Assembly (NCBI GenBank): GCA_964019335.1
Contig: OZ025692.1
Location: forward strand, 310,001 to 374,000
Reading direction: 5' to 3'
DNA: 64,000 nucleotides
DNA from: Diplonema japonicum
Taxonomy: Eukaryota; Protista; Euglenozoa: Diplonemea
Shown: piece by piece, positions 12,425-24,796 of the stretch
How positions within the stretch are numbered: position 1 is the stretch's first letter
How the letters are laid out: the number at the start of each line of letters is the position of its first letter
Notes under the pieces: generated by a model
The model's database searches: none
What the model saw: only the letters and a program-made list of their open reading frames with translations
What the model was told of the DNA's origin: nothing
Translations under genes and position numbers: made by a program

Positions 12425-14197
12425 TCACACTTCGTCATCGGCGTAAGGATCGCTAAAAGTAAAGTGGGGGAAAGTTGGCGGGTGCACTTGTTGTTGCTGG
12501 TACACCTGTGCCGAGAACTCATTCGGTGCATTATTGTGATGGGAAACAAGGTTGCCACCATGCGAGTGACTCTCTTGCTGGACGGGATGCGAGTTTACCG
12601 GCACCTCTTGTATGCACTCCAGGGCGTAGTGATCATTACCCCGCATTTCTTCAGCAAGTGAGGTGTTCGGAGGGACCCATCCGGTTGTGGTAGCCGACCC
12701 GTGTTTCTCTTGGTAGAACACCTTCCCTTTGTGCGGGCCTGAGGGGACAGTAACGGCTCTGACATTGGGAGGACAAGCTACAGCACAAAAGCCTCGGAAG
12801 CACCGAGGCGGGTCCCATTGCGTCTTCGATGGATCATCCTCAGGGTAAAAATACAATAAAGCACCTTTCTCACCTCGATGTTCGGGCAGTGGAGACACAC
12901 GCGCACACCACATAGGAGGGAGCATAGGGGGCGCTGTCCATGTCACCTCACGTGACTCCGGGTGGTGGTCCCTGAAATAGTACGAGACCTCACCAGTAGT
13001 GGGGTTTGTGAACTCATGACACGACCAGTCTTGTGGAAGGGGGTACTTCTCAAAGGGACGGAGATACCACGCTTCGTTGTACATCTCAGCCACCTTCAAC
13101 CCGTCTTTCCGCACGATTTTGTAAGGCTCGTTGTTCTCATCCGTCGGTATCGGGAAGCCCCACACCAACGGTGCGGGGTCCTTCGCGTCGTACCAGTACA
13201 ATAGGTTTCTCTGGTCCGTGCACGGCCATGTCATGCTCGGCTCGCCAAACGCTTGGAAATGTATCATCAAACCGCCTTCGGAATCGTGCGTTAGAACACC
13301 CGACTTCATCTGAGTGTACTTCGGGAGGTTCAGAATCTGAAGCTGGAGGAAAACCCAGCAGGATTTCCCTCCAGCAGAAAGCTCAACGGAGAATGCAGTT
13401 CGAGACTCTGGTTTTCCTCTGTACGATGTGGGGCGTGTCCCGTTCAGCTGTGGTATCGATGTGACATACTCCCCAAGGCTGACTTTCTTCCACAAAATAT
13501 CACTCCCATTGTACATTCTAACGGTGAAAGGAGTATCCAACAAAAGGTCGATGGATTCACCTTTGTTGTAGATAGACCCCCGTCCGTCAGCAAGGTCAAT
13601 GGGATCATCGGTGGGGTCGTTGTAAGGGTCGATCGTGATTTCCGGGGTTTGAATGGAATGCCCGTGCCAGTCCCATTCACCCTTGACAGGCCCTGCGGAG
13701 AGATTGTGGGAGGCAAGGAGTGCAAATTTTTGGAGGCTGATGGTTAACCCCTCACCGGCAGCGCCTTTGTGAAGGGATTGCGCCATGTAGTAGACCACCC
13801 CACATGGCCGTGAACCATCGAATAGTTTCAAAGCGTGGCATCTCGGGCCTGTGATCATCAGGAATAAGGGGTATTGAACTATGCCGCTTATGCCATTTCC
13901 TGAAACGCATATTGTGACAGTTTTGGCGAGTAGTCCTGTGTCTGTCTCGGCCCAGCCGTGGTTGTGGGTTGTAGAGCAGTATTTAGTTTCGTACATCATG
14001 TCGATGTCCCAGCTGCTCCACCATGCTCCCACTACTTTTGACTGCAGCTCGGCCTTGGAGGATTTCTTCCTTGTGTGGCAGTTGTCCCATTGTCCTTTTG
14101 GGTGATCTATGTACACTTCTAACCTATATGTTCCGCCCTGTTCCATGCCCACCCAAAAATTGTGGAGCCGGATGTCAAATACCTGCGTCTGCGCCAT
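12425..14197 (-). CDS. Protein with three degenerate WW domains and a beta-rich (possibly C2-like) N-terminal region
   Basis: LPQDW...YYF...VTWTAP, LPPMW...LYFY...TQWDPP and CPPNV...VFY...TGWVPP. Confidence 0.75.
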   Translation of the reverse strand: MAQTQVFDIRLHNFWVGMEQGGTYRLEVYIDHPKGQWDNCHTRKKSSKAELQSKVVGAWWSSWDIDMMYETKYCSTTHNHGWAETDTGLLAKTVTICVSGNGISGIVQYPLFLMITGPRCHALKLFDGSRPCGVVYYMAQSLHKGAAGEGLTISLQKFALLASHNLSAGPVKGEWDWHGHSIQTPEITIDPYNDPTDDPIDLADGRGSIYNKGESIDLLLDTPFTVRMYNGSDILWKKVSLGEYVTSIPQLNGTRPTSYRGKPESRTAFSVELSAGGKSCWVFLQLQILNLPKYTQMKSGVLTHDSEGGLMIHFQAFGEPSMTWPCTDQRNLLYWYDAKDPAPLVWGFPIPTDENNEPYKIVRKDGLKVAEMYNEAWYLRPFEKYPLPQDWSCHEFTNPTTGEVSYYFRDHHPESREVTWTAPPMLPPMWCARVSPLPEHRGEKGALLYFYPEDDPSKTQWDPPRCFRGFCAVACPPNVRAVTVPSGPHKGKVFYQEKHGSATTTGWVPPNTSLAEEMRGNDHYALECIQEVPVNSHPVQQESHSHGGNLVSHHNNAPNEFSAQVYQQQQVHPPTFPHFTFSDPYADDEV

Positions 14198-14448
14198 CTT
14201 GCCTTTTCTCTTACACTCTGTTGCCGCGGTTCTGAAGCTGGGCTTCGCGTCGGGAGGTATGAGCGGGCACTGCAGGTGCCCTAAATGCTCTCCCTTGGTT
14301 GGCTGGTGGCCTTCCCCGTACGTTTTTTTTCCCCCCCCACCCCCGTGTAATGCGCACTGAGAAAAAAAAAATCAAACAGAAACGAGGAAACAAAAAAAAA
14401 AAAATCACAATATGAAAAAGAAGGGAAATATGGGGTGGTGGTTGGTGG

Positions 14449-14482
<34 letters not shown>

Positions 14483-14544
14483 GGGGGGAAGGAAAGCTTA
14501 GATTGAGCAAAAGTGTGGGGGGGGGGGGGGGGGGGGGAAGTATG

Positions 14545-16679
14545 TCACGGTGGGTAAAAACCTTTCAAACTGACTTGCTCTGCGGCAGACAGCTGGAGTA
14601 GGTCGGAGAGGAGAGGAATGAGCGCAGTCTGGACATCACAATTCCCCTTGGCTAGGCAGAACTGCAGAACCGTGTTCTTGAGGTAGTCGAGAGAGCGGGC
14701 AGAGTCACGCCTAGAAATAGATCTTTGCAGGTCGACTATAGTAGCCTGGAGTTGAGGTAGATCTTTGAGTCGCGCGCTTGCTGACTCGAGTTCTCGTCTT
14801 GTATCAGCGAGTTCTCTTGTCATCCTGAGGAGTTTCCTCTGGGTGAATTCGTGCTCTTTGTTCGGATGCGAACCAAGCTCCGCAACGCCAAGCACGTCAT
14901 CAAAATCAAAGGCAAAATCGCTTGAGCGCAAAGGTTGATCGTCCTCAGATGCCCCGTACTGGTCTTCTGGGAGCTGTACTACTGTGGCCACCGGGGTTGG
15001 CACTCTTTCCTCTATTTCTGACGGTGTGGATGAAGCTTCTTTCGCGCGAAGCTCGTCGGTCACGCTCTTCAGCGTTTGTCTGCATGCGTCCAGTCTTTCT
15101 TCGACACCTTCTTTTTCCGATTTCAGCCTTTTGATTTCTCCCCGCAGCGTCCCCACCTCTGCTTCGTACCTCCCTTCTCTTGACTCCGATATCGTCACCT
15201 CCTTCTTTGTAGGTGTTGTCACCTTTTGCTGTTGTCGTTGCAATTGTTGCTCTTCAAGCTGTTTTTTCAGCTTCTTCGCGTCCGCGGCCAGCTCGTACCT
15301 TAACCTGTTCGACTCTTCGGCGTTCTCGAAGGCAGACTCCAGTTTCTCACCCATGGCTTTCTGCGTTTTTTTTTTTTTTTTTAGAAATGGTTTAAAAAAA
15401 AAAAAAAAAAAATACCAATCTCTCTTCTTTATCATTGACAAGAGCCTCCAACGATCGGATGGTGAGTTTACACTCATCGATTTCCTTTTTTTTTTTTTTT
15501 TTTTTTTGTGTTGTTAGTTTCCCTGTTTACCTTTTGCAATGCGGTGTTCCGCGCCTCAAAGGAAGCATCGGTGGAAGTTGACGAAGCGGGGGCGGTCGGG
15601 GCAGCGTCCTCCGTCTGGCGCGACAGAGCAGCTTGAGCGTGCAATTTGTACTGTTTGAACTCCACTCGGAGTTTAGTGTTATCCTCCGTCGCGCTCTTGA
15701 CCTTCGCTGTCACGTGGCTGAGCTCAGCTTGGAGCTCTGACAGCTGCGATTCGTATTGCTTAATAGTGTTTGAATCCGCTTCGAGACGCCACTGAGAATT
15801 ATTTATAAAGAATAATTTAATAAAAAAAAAAAAGAAAAACCTTGTCCCGCGAAGCTGCTTCGTTCTGCTGGTGCTTCTGCAGTGTCTGGCTATGTTGAGT
15901 CTGCAGGGTTTCCTAGATTTTTTTTTTTAAATCTTTTTTTCTCCATTTTTTTCGCATACAATCCTCCGGACCAGCATTTCAATCTCCTGTTCCTTCTGCT
16001 TCACGGTGTGCTCTGCTTCGGTTTTTAAGCTCTTCACTGTGTCCCGCAGGATTGAGATTTCCTCGCTGTGCTTTTCCGTGTATGATTTTACAGCTTCTTC
16101 CTCGTCGGTGCTTGGCAAGGGTGTGGGCCCGACAATGGCGACAAGGTGGTCCTCTGCAAACCACCGTGGGGAGTGTTCTGGAGTGGAGCACAGGCAGAAC
16201 TTTGAAGATGTGTGACTTGTCCTTTTGAGGACTTTAAGCTTAGGGTGTGTGAGGATGGGTGTGCCGTCGATTTGAGCTTGCAGCTTGTGGTTTAACGATT
16301 CGAGCTCGAGTACTCTCTCCTTGAGGTTTTCGGAGATTGCCAGGGATTTCTTTTCATTTTCAACATGTCCTGCTATCGTTTCCGCCATTTCACGGATTTT
16401 TTGTTCCAGGCTCTTTGCTCTGACAACTCCCAGTTCGCCATCTTTAGCGGTTTCGCTGAGTTCATCGTTCTTCTCTCTTACCTCTTTTATAATGCCGTCT
16501 TTCTCTTTCAGCATCACCGCCATCGAAGAGAGTTGGACGTTGAGCTGCTCTACCTCTTCCTTCTGTCTTGCGATCTCTGCCCTGTCTCGCAGTGTCATCT
16601 GCTTCACCTTCACTTTCCAATCTTCCATTTTCCGCGCTTGAGCGTCAAAGTCGGCTTTAAGTTTTTCATAGTCAGACAT
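14545..16679 (-). CDS. GRIP-domain golgin, 5 exons
   Basis: C-terminal SLDYLKNTVLQF...LIPLLSDLLQLSAAEQ GRIP motif after coiled coils. Introns 15913-15959, 15792-15840, 15485-15530 and 15361-15415 restore one frame. Confidence 0.85.
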
Positions 16680-16952
16680 TTTTTTCCCCCCCTCCCCGCA
16701 CCTTGAGATGGATAAGAGGAAGACAGGGTGGATTTGAAGGTAAAGAAAAAAGGGGGGGGGGAAAGTAGACAGTTTTTTTTTTTTTTCCCTCCCCGAAGGG
16801 GGCCACACGCCGTCGATTTTTTAATTTCGTTCACATTTTTTTTTTTCAGGTAAAAAAAAAAGGGGGGTTGAAAAAAAAAGGGAGAGGAGAAAAAGTTATT
16901 ATTATTATTTTTTTTTTTTTTTTTTTTTTTTTGCAATAAGGCATTAGAATAA

Positions 16953-16984
<32 letters not shown>

Positions 16985-17026
16985 CGTTTTCACTTTTTTT
17001 TTTTTTTTTCTTCTTTTTTTTTTATT

Positions 17027-18204
17027 TCACAAAAAATCAGGATATTCCGATTCGATCTTGGTAAACTCCACACATGCAGTGGTGGGGCTGCTTCTGTCTC
17101 TCTGCCCGACCATCCATTTCCCGACACTGCTGTTCAGGCACTGTGTGTATCCGTCCTGCGCGAAGGGCGGGTTGGGGGGCAACGTCTCGATAGCAGTCCC
17201 CCCGAGCCACGAGGGCAAGGGAAAATGATTCTCCGGAAGCAAGCCAAATGTTTCCCAAGCAGTGCCTGACTGACCAGCATACGGCTCACCAAGGAGAAGG
17301 TACTCATGGATATGTTGCTCTCTCCACACCGAGGACCAGTCTGTTCCTTCAGGCATCCAAGAGCAAAGTAAGATATGAGGATTGTACCTCGCAACCACCT
17401 CTTCATACCCTGCTTTTTCAACAGGGAATTTTTCGGTGCTGTATCCTGCTATATATCCCTCGGGGTTGGCGTCGGTAGCGACAATGTTGGGGACGTTATA
17501 CTGTTTGAGAAAATGTGTAAGTCGGCCGCTTCCGGCGCCTACCTCCACGATTTTGTTTTGGTGTTTTTTTTTTGTTGGGGGCAGGGTCAGTCTTTCAGCG
17601 AGCGATTCGATCATTTCCCGGTTTAGCACATTGCAGAATCCGTTTTTTTCACAGAAAAAATGCAGTTTTGTAAACGTTTTTGTGTCGAACGGGTCCAACA
17701 TAAGAAACACTTCCTCCACACTGATGTAGTCCGGATCCAATAGTTTTTCGGTGTCGAAGAAAACGTCAAATTTTGAACCGCAAAGCCGTGCTCTTTCCGC
17801 TGTTTTGTCATACGGTAAAGGGGGTTCTCCCCATCCGTTGTTCGCAGGGGTTTCTGTTAGAATAGCCAGTTCGGCATGGCTTGGTAGATAGGAGTGGTCT
17901 TTTAGCTTCATTGGGAGTGATTTTTCCCACTCCCCGTGGAGGCGCTCGCAGTAAGCCATGTACAGCATGTGGCTGGTTTTCCGGAACTCTTTGGACCATG
18001 TCCCATGCATCAGGGCCGACATCACCAGGGTGCCCTTTACGGTGGTGTCGTCCCCTGCGTTTTCAACCTTGCCGCTTACCTTGTCGAATTTCCCCATCAT
18101 CGGTGCAACGAGCTCCATTAAAATCTCCGGTGCCAGCCCGTGGACCTGTCTTGAGACTGGTGGGGCCAGTATCTTAAGTATTTGTTCCATTATGTCAGTC
18201 CTCA

Positions 18205-18205
<1 letters not shown>
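17027..18205 (-). CDS. Class I SAM-dependent methyltransferase-like protein
   Basis: IVEVGAGSGRL motif I, IVATD motif II, SWMP. ATG at 18205 follows a poly-A run. Confidence 0.7.
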
Positions 18206-18236
<31 letters not shown>

Positions 18237-18315
18237 ACGTGCGCCCCTCCCCCCCACACACGTTCTGTTTTTTTTTTTTTTTTTTTTTTTTCTTGGGAAA
18301 AAAAAAAGAGAGAAC

Positions 18316-18346
<31 letters not shown>

Positions 18347-18868
18347 GGAGGGGTATTTTGGAGAATCATTAACAATAAGGGGGAAGGTGGAAGAAGAAAA
18401 AAAGAAAAAGGAGGGGGGGTTTTTTTTTTTATTGCGTTCCCCAAAAACACTCTGGTGTTTTTTTTTTGGGGGGGACAGGTGGACCCTTTTTTTTTCTCTC
18501 TTTTTTTAATTTTTTTTTTTTGCTCTCAAGAGAGCATAAAAAAAAAGAAGAGAATTTAAAAAAAAAAAAATCTATCAAAAAAAAAAATCTATCTAGCAAA
18601 AAAAAATTTTTAATCTACCCTTTTTCTATTCCCCCCCCCCCCCCCATCCACCCTTTCTTTACTATTTTATCAAAACGGGTATTGAAACTCCAAGGGCCTT
18701 TCCACGAGCTTTTTTCTCTTCTTTTGAACAAGGGGGGATTTGGTGCGTGCGCCCGGCGGAGTTGCGTTAAGAGTAGCCGACGCTGTGAGGGGCTTACGCA
18801 ACGGTGTTTTCGGTGTGTTCGTGCGCACCTGGGCAATAACAGCCTGTTTTTTTTTTTTTTTTTTTTTT

Positions 18869-20680
18869 TCAAACCTTTGCTTTGCTTCTCGGGGTCAGTA
18901 ACAACTTCCCTTTCGGCGTAGCCGGGCCCTTTAAAGGAGAAGGGTTTCTAACTACACTCTTCGCACTGCTGGTAACCTGCCTAGCCGTAGCGATATTTTC
19001 CTTGACAGACGCGGACGAAGAAACTGCTTCTTGAACAGCATCCTCGAAAATTTTGATCTTCTTAACTTGTTTCTTCCCGGTTGCCGCGGGCCCTCCCGAC
19101 ACCCCCTCTCCTAATTTCATGTCGTTACACATTTCTGAATGGACCCTCTTGAGACCAGACAGTTTATTACGCAGAGCGTTGATACAAGGATCCATCAAGG
19201 AAGCTCCGGAGAGACTTGTTTTAAGATCAGCCTGCATTGATATGCATTGTGCTGTGAGGATTTGGTTTTGTTCCTCGAGGCGTTGTGAAGATGCGACGGG
19301 TTCGGAGTTTAGAAGCTTTGTTTGTTCCTCGAAGTCTTGGATCACGATTGCGAGCTCGTCTATCCTCGTGGTCTTCAGGGTGTTCTCCTTCCGGAGCTTT
19401 TTGTTTTCCGATTCCAACCGTCTTATTGTGTCCAGGTATTTTGAACGATCACGTTCCACACGTTCATGTTGAAGCCGCATAGCACTGCATGCATCTTCGG
19501 AGGACTGTCTTGAAACCTTCTGTGACACGTAATCTGCTTCGCACCATAAAAATGCTTCTGCGTCGTGTTCTTTTGCCATGTGGCGGACGACATCGTGAAG
19601 AGAGGCTTTGAACTCGGATCGTAGTTCCTTCTCCCGAGCGTGTGCGGAGGATATCTCGTCTTGGTACACAGCGAGCAGCTCCGAAACCGTCTCAAGAGGA
19701 ATTGTTTTCGTACCATCTATCTCGTTGACCTTTACAGAGTTGAACACAACCCTTGCTCTGTCTGAAAAATGCAAAGTTTGCAATGTTTCGTCCATGTGCT
19801 GACGGGACGGCGAGACACAGCATATAATACGCGTTCTTGCGTTTCCTCCTAACGAGTTTTGTAGGATTCGAGTAAGCTTCGCGTCTCGATACGGCGTGTG
19901 CGAGGACTTCGAGGCTAAGCTGAAGATAACATTGGTGAGAGCGAGGAGGGACTTGTTGATGTTGGCTCCCTCACGCATTGCCTCACCGGATGTTCCAGCG
20001 TGTTTTGAATTCTCCGAACCTGCTAGATCGACTAGCCGAAGCTGTCCTTTCACAGTGTGCCCTGACGGATCGGCCCTCACAATATCAATCTGAAATATGG
20101 TATGCGATCGTGAACTGTGTTCGTTTAAGTTTGTCCGTGCCTTCCTGCGGTTGTCTTGTCCTCTTGAAATAAGCCCGATGCCTTCTGAAAGAGTTGAGAT
20201 GTTGTGTACAGTCAACCCTGGTATGACAACGTCCGTGCTGCCGTCCGTTGCCGTGGTAACATCGAGCTCCCGTTTGTCATTTGAAAGGAGATCGAATACA
20301 CGTTCTAAGTAGATTTCAAAATATGAGATTTTGAGGGTGATATTTGCGGTTGATTTGGAGTCGATTAGGTAATCTACTGATCGAAGGATGACACCTGGTT
20401 CGTCAGGGGTTCCAAGCATTGTGTGTGTTTTGCCAGCGGATGTGTGTCCGTAGGCCAGGACGGTGGCATTGTAGCCCCCGAGAACACCTTCCACAGCGTC
20501 TTTCACTTCGTTGTAAGCTTTGTTATTTCCCTGGTCGGGTGTGATGACCTTTTGAAACAGGAAGCCGCTGCGTTCTTTTTCCTTCCCCGCAAGGCAGTGC
20601 ACCCTTCGGTCGCTCCACGCGAAGGCGTCCTCTCCTTTGCTCGGGCGAACCCTGCATAGTACTTTGATTCTGTCGGTTGA

Positions 20681-20683
<3 letters not shown>
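18869..20683 (-). CDS. Kinesin with N-terminal motor and coiled-coil stalk
   Basis: RVRP, P-loop GHTSAGKT, switch I NEHSSRSH, switch II LVDLAGSE, HTPYRDAKLTRILQNSLGG. Confidence 0.96.
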
Positions 20684-20713
<30 letters not shown>

Positions 20714-21458
20714 TATTAATACACCACGCCCTCCCCCTCCCACCCCTCTTTCTTGTTAGGAGTTTTTTTTTTTTTTTTTTTGGTTATGACAAATTTGTCA
20801 TAAAAGCTGGAAAAAAAAAAGAATACGGGGTGGATGGGGGGTGCAACCACACTTTTTTTTTTTTCTCTTCCCCCCACTTGCAAACTCTTTTTTTTTTTTT
20901 TTTTTTTTTTTTTGGAAAATATTTTGTTTGCCTCTGAGCAGGTATTGTTTTGATGGAACGAATCAGATGGGAGAACTACAAAAAAAAAAAGAGAAATTTG
21001 TAAAGTTTTTTGTGTGCGTGCGTGCGGGAAGGGGTTTTCTTCTTCTTTTTTCTTTCCCCCTCCCCCCCCCATAGCTTTTTTTTTGGTTACCATGCGCTTT
21101 CTTTGTCCAAAGTAATTTGTAGAGAGCATACTTAATGAAAAAGAATGAAGAGAAAAAAAATAGACAAATAAATGGTTTCTACCAAGAGAAAGTAAGCAAA
21201 GTAAGTAATTTTTTAAAATAAACCCCCCCTCTCCCCCGGTTCCATTTTCCCTCTTAAATATCGAACTCCGTTATAGAGCTCCTACCCCTAAAAAAAAGGC
21301 CACAAAGGCCAAGAAAAGCAGAAAAAAAACAAGAAGAAAAAATTGTTCTGTTTTTTTTTTTTTTCTTTTTTTTTTTTCTCTTGTTAAAACCACATCGTCT
21401 GTTAAATCTTTTTTCAAGTGGAGTTTGAGCAGGAAACAAAAAAAAAAAATCAACGTCT

Positions 21459-21978
21459 TTAGAAGTCCTCACTCTGTGTATTATTATTATTATTTTTTTT
21501 TTTTTCAAAAAAAAAAAAAAAATCAACAAACCTTCTTGCCACGCGACAAAAAAAACACAAACGAGGACACAGTAATGCCAAGCGACTGGACCAACATGGC
21601 GTACCCGGGCCACTGCCCGTTTCCCCCGTCAGCCCCAGTGTACTTGGAAGTGAGGAAGATGATGGCGAGCGTGAGGGAAGTAAAAAGCACCAGAACCGAG
21701 AAGAAGAACCAAATCTTATTAAGACCCACCTCCCTTTCGTCCAACATGCCATCGCTCTCAGAAAGGCTCTGTGGGCTCAGTGCATTCATCATGCAAAAGG
21801 CAACACATGCAACTAGACCCGGGGTCCAGTGCTTAAAAGTATACGAGTCGTTCTCCGGTTCAGAAGCAATTACAACACCATCCACAAACCACACCCACGC
21901 CGCACCAAATAGAACCCCAGCGAAGAGGGCCCCGAGAAACCGCTTATCAAAACCCCCGTCGGAATCGTTAAGCATCAT
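21459..21978 (-). CDS. Vps68/TMEM50 (UPF0220) membrane protein (exons 21532-21978, 21459-21473)
   Basis: AGVLFGAAWVWFVDG and MMNAL signature with four hydrophobic segments. Probable last intron 21474-21531 gives ...SRGKKSEDF*. Confidence 0.75.
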
Positions 21979-22039
21979 TTTTTTTTTTTTCTTTTTTTTT
22001 TTTTTTCTTCTTGCTTTAATATGTTTTAATGTTTGGGGG

Positions 22040-22073
<34 letters not shown>

Positions 22074-22088
22074 GTTGAATACACTATC

Positions 22089-23805
22089 CTAACAGTCCTC
22101 GGCTTTCAGTGTGCTTGCGGAGCCTTCAATGGAAAGGGTGACGGAGCGTTGGGTTTGCTTGCGTGCTGCTCGTAGATTTCTCTCCATCACGCGATGAGCT
22201 TCGGATTTCAGCTTAGCCTCCACTGGGACAAAGGCGGGCCTTGCAGTGAAATCGGGCATCATTGTCTTTGGTAGCCTGCAACGCTGTGCAGCGGCTTCAC
22301 CATCAGCATTACGGTCAGCTACGAACTTCTGCCCGTCGCGGGTGTACTTTACAACGTCAGCTGGGATCACGTACACATCAGGCTTGAAGTTGGATCGCCT
22401 CCCTGTTTCCTTCTCCAGTGTGGCCAGTTCCTTGTAGTTCTTCGACAGCCCGAATATGATTCGCGACCATTTTTCCATCAGTTTTGTCGCGAGTTTCCTG
22501 TTTTCTTGTGTCTCGCTTTCGTGCGCTGCGAGCATCTTCACCTGCTTCCCCAAGGACGTCTGGATGATCTGTTCCCTGGACACACCCTTCCATTGCGTCT
22601 CGTAGGCCGCCCGGACACGGCCTGGATCGCCTTCGTAGGGTAGCTGTGGGGTTTTTTTTTTTTTTTTTTTTTCTTTTCTTTTTTCTTTTTTTTTTTCCAA
22701 ATACATCGAAAAGTATTTTTAGAAGGGCTGATCTGATTTGGTAGCTCGCAAGCTGGCCGGGAGGTGCCCGGAGCCACCTGTGTGTGTGTTTTTTTTTTAT
22801 TCTTTTTTTTCTTTTTTTTTTTATTTTATAGTTCCATACGATTCTATGCTCTTCAACAACCCTGCCTTGACCAAGGCTTCCTGCAACCCGGCCCGTCTGC
22901 AGATGTTCTCTACCTCCTTGAGGATCTGAAGCTTGTGCGTAGCGGGTAGCCTTCGCTTCCTTTTTTTTTTTCTTCTTCTTTTTTTTCTCTTGTAGGCATC
23001 CATACATCATATTGAGATCGTCAATCCTTGCTTGGTCCATCTTTAGCAGTAGGTCTTCTGCTTTTTCCGTGGCTTTCTCTGTGTCGTAGGTTTGCGCGCT
23101 GTTTCGCACAGGGGCTAATTTTTTAAGAAGTTTTGTGAATTTGTCACCGCCTAGCTTCTCGTTGAGTTCCTCTCTGTGTTCATCGCCTTCAATCTCCTGC
23201 CGCTTGGCCTCGGCGATTCGCTGTTCGAGGTTTGTGATCTTTGCCCTGAGCTCGCCAAGCTTGTGTTCCTTCACCCAGTTTTGTTTCCATTGTCTGTAGC
23301 CTTCGGAGTCGAGTTCTTGGCGTTTCACTTTTCCAAGCTGTTTCAAAGCAAGGGTGAGGTGGGTTACCTGGGATTGGTGCTGATCTTTTTCCGCTTGGAG
23401 CTCTTTTATCTGTGCTTTTTGGTTCGAAGTTGTTTGGTTAATGTAGTTCTCGGAGGGGGGCTTTGCTTGGGAAGACGGAGCTTCGTTAATTTCGCTCTTT
23501 ACTGTGACGTCATCTGTTACATCGATGTCGTGGTCTTGCAGAAGCTTCATGCGCTTCGCCTCGTTGTCGTCGTCGTCGTCGGGCTCGTTGAACGCAACGC
23601 GCTTTTTGCCTTTCTTCTCTTTTTTGTCTTTTTTGCTTTTTTTCTTTCTCTTTTCCACCAGTACGTCATCGTCATCGTCGTTGTCGTCCCCACCCTTCTC
23701 CTTCTTCACCTCATCCTGCACTTCTGCAGAGCCCTGCTCCGCTTCGAAGAATTTTAAGTCATCTTCATTGAAATCACCGAAGTCCATCTCCTCAATATCG
23801 TCCAT
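22089..23805 (-). CDS. IWS1: Transcription elongation factor IWS1/Spn1-like (TFIIS N-terminal domain), 4 exons
   Basis: Spliced product LPATHKLQIL...SWLRAPPGQLASYQIRSALLKILFDLP...LGKQVKML...KLMEKWSRIIF, with an acidic N-terminus. Introns 22960-23005, 22778-22839, 22644-22704. Confidence 0.85.
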
Positions 23806-23870
23806 CTTTATTTATTTTTTTTTTTAAACTTTCTTTTGAAAAAAAAAAGTGCTGGAAAAAAAAAAGTTAG

Positions 23871-23910
<40 letters not shown>

Positions 23911-24013
23911 ACAGCAAAAAAAAAAAAAATAAATAAATAAAAATAAAAAAAAAAATTGTTTCCTCCTTCCTTATGTAAATAAGGAAGAGGAGGTGGTGGA
24001 ATCTATTCAAAGA

Positions 24014-24661
24014 CTAGTTCAAAGGAAGCCGAGGGTCGGCGTTGGCGGTGACAGCTTTCGCATAGTTTTTATCAGAATTCATCTGGACTTTGTTGAAATC
24101 GACACCCATAAGGTGGCGTGTGTTGGGAATGTGTCCTGTATAGCCAACGACACGTGGTGGGGCAGGAACTGTTTTGCGTCTTGTGAAGACGCACGGCGTG
24201 GAGGCCCGTCTTTCCAACGGGGGGACGAATCTCTTCGGCCTGCCAACACCTGCTTCCATGTCGATGTCGTTGGTGTTGTGCAGCGTCGACAAGTACATGT
24301 TCGCTACCTTTTGAATGGTGGTCATGTCGCTCTTCTTCATGTTCCCCCAGTCGTCAATCAGCCTAGGCGGCAAAGATCTCTGATTCATTAGCTTTCTGTT
24401 CTGATTGTGCATCTCGTACGCGAGCTCGGCCGTCTTCAGCGTTTGCTGAAAATTCAGCCCAAACACGTTTTTCGTATTTGGGAAATACGTTGTGCACCCG
24501 CATATCTTATCCATGGCCATTCTCTTTGAAACCCATTTCTTCGGTGGGTCCTGTTCCCCTGCAAACATCTTTGGCTTCGGCCGTCTATCCCGAATACGCA
24601 CTACTGGTGTCTGAACCTGTCTTTGAGGGGTGCACAACTGTGTGTTATCGGGAATTGTCAT
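24014..24661 (-). CDS. Probable ciliary microtubule-inner protein (FAM166/CIMIP-like GYxGHIP motif)
   Basis: PRVVGYTGHIPN and a related ICGCTTYFPN repeat. Confidence 0.55.
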   Translation of the reverse strand: MTIPDNTQLCTPQRQVQTPVVRIRDRRPKPKMFAGEQDPPKKWVSKRMAMDKICGCTTYFPNTKNVFGLNFQQTLKTAELAYEMHNQNRKLMNQRSLPPRLIDDWGNMKKSDMTTIQKVANMYLSTLHNTNDIDMEAGVGRPKRFVPPLERRASTPCVFTRRKTVPAPPRVVGYTGHIPNTRHLMGVDFNKVQMNSDKNYAKAVTANADPRLPLN

Positions 24662-24796
24662 TTCTTTTTTTCTCTTAAAAATATTCCCTCTTGGTGCTAT
24701 AAGTTACGAGGGTAGAAAAAAAAAAAAAAACAGAGGGTTAAAAAAAAAAAAATGGGGGGGTACAAGGTACTGTAAAATACCAGTAGTGGATTGATG

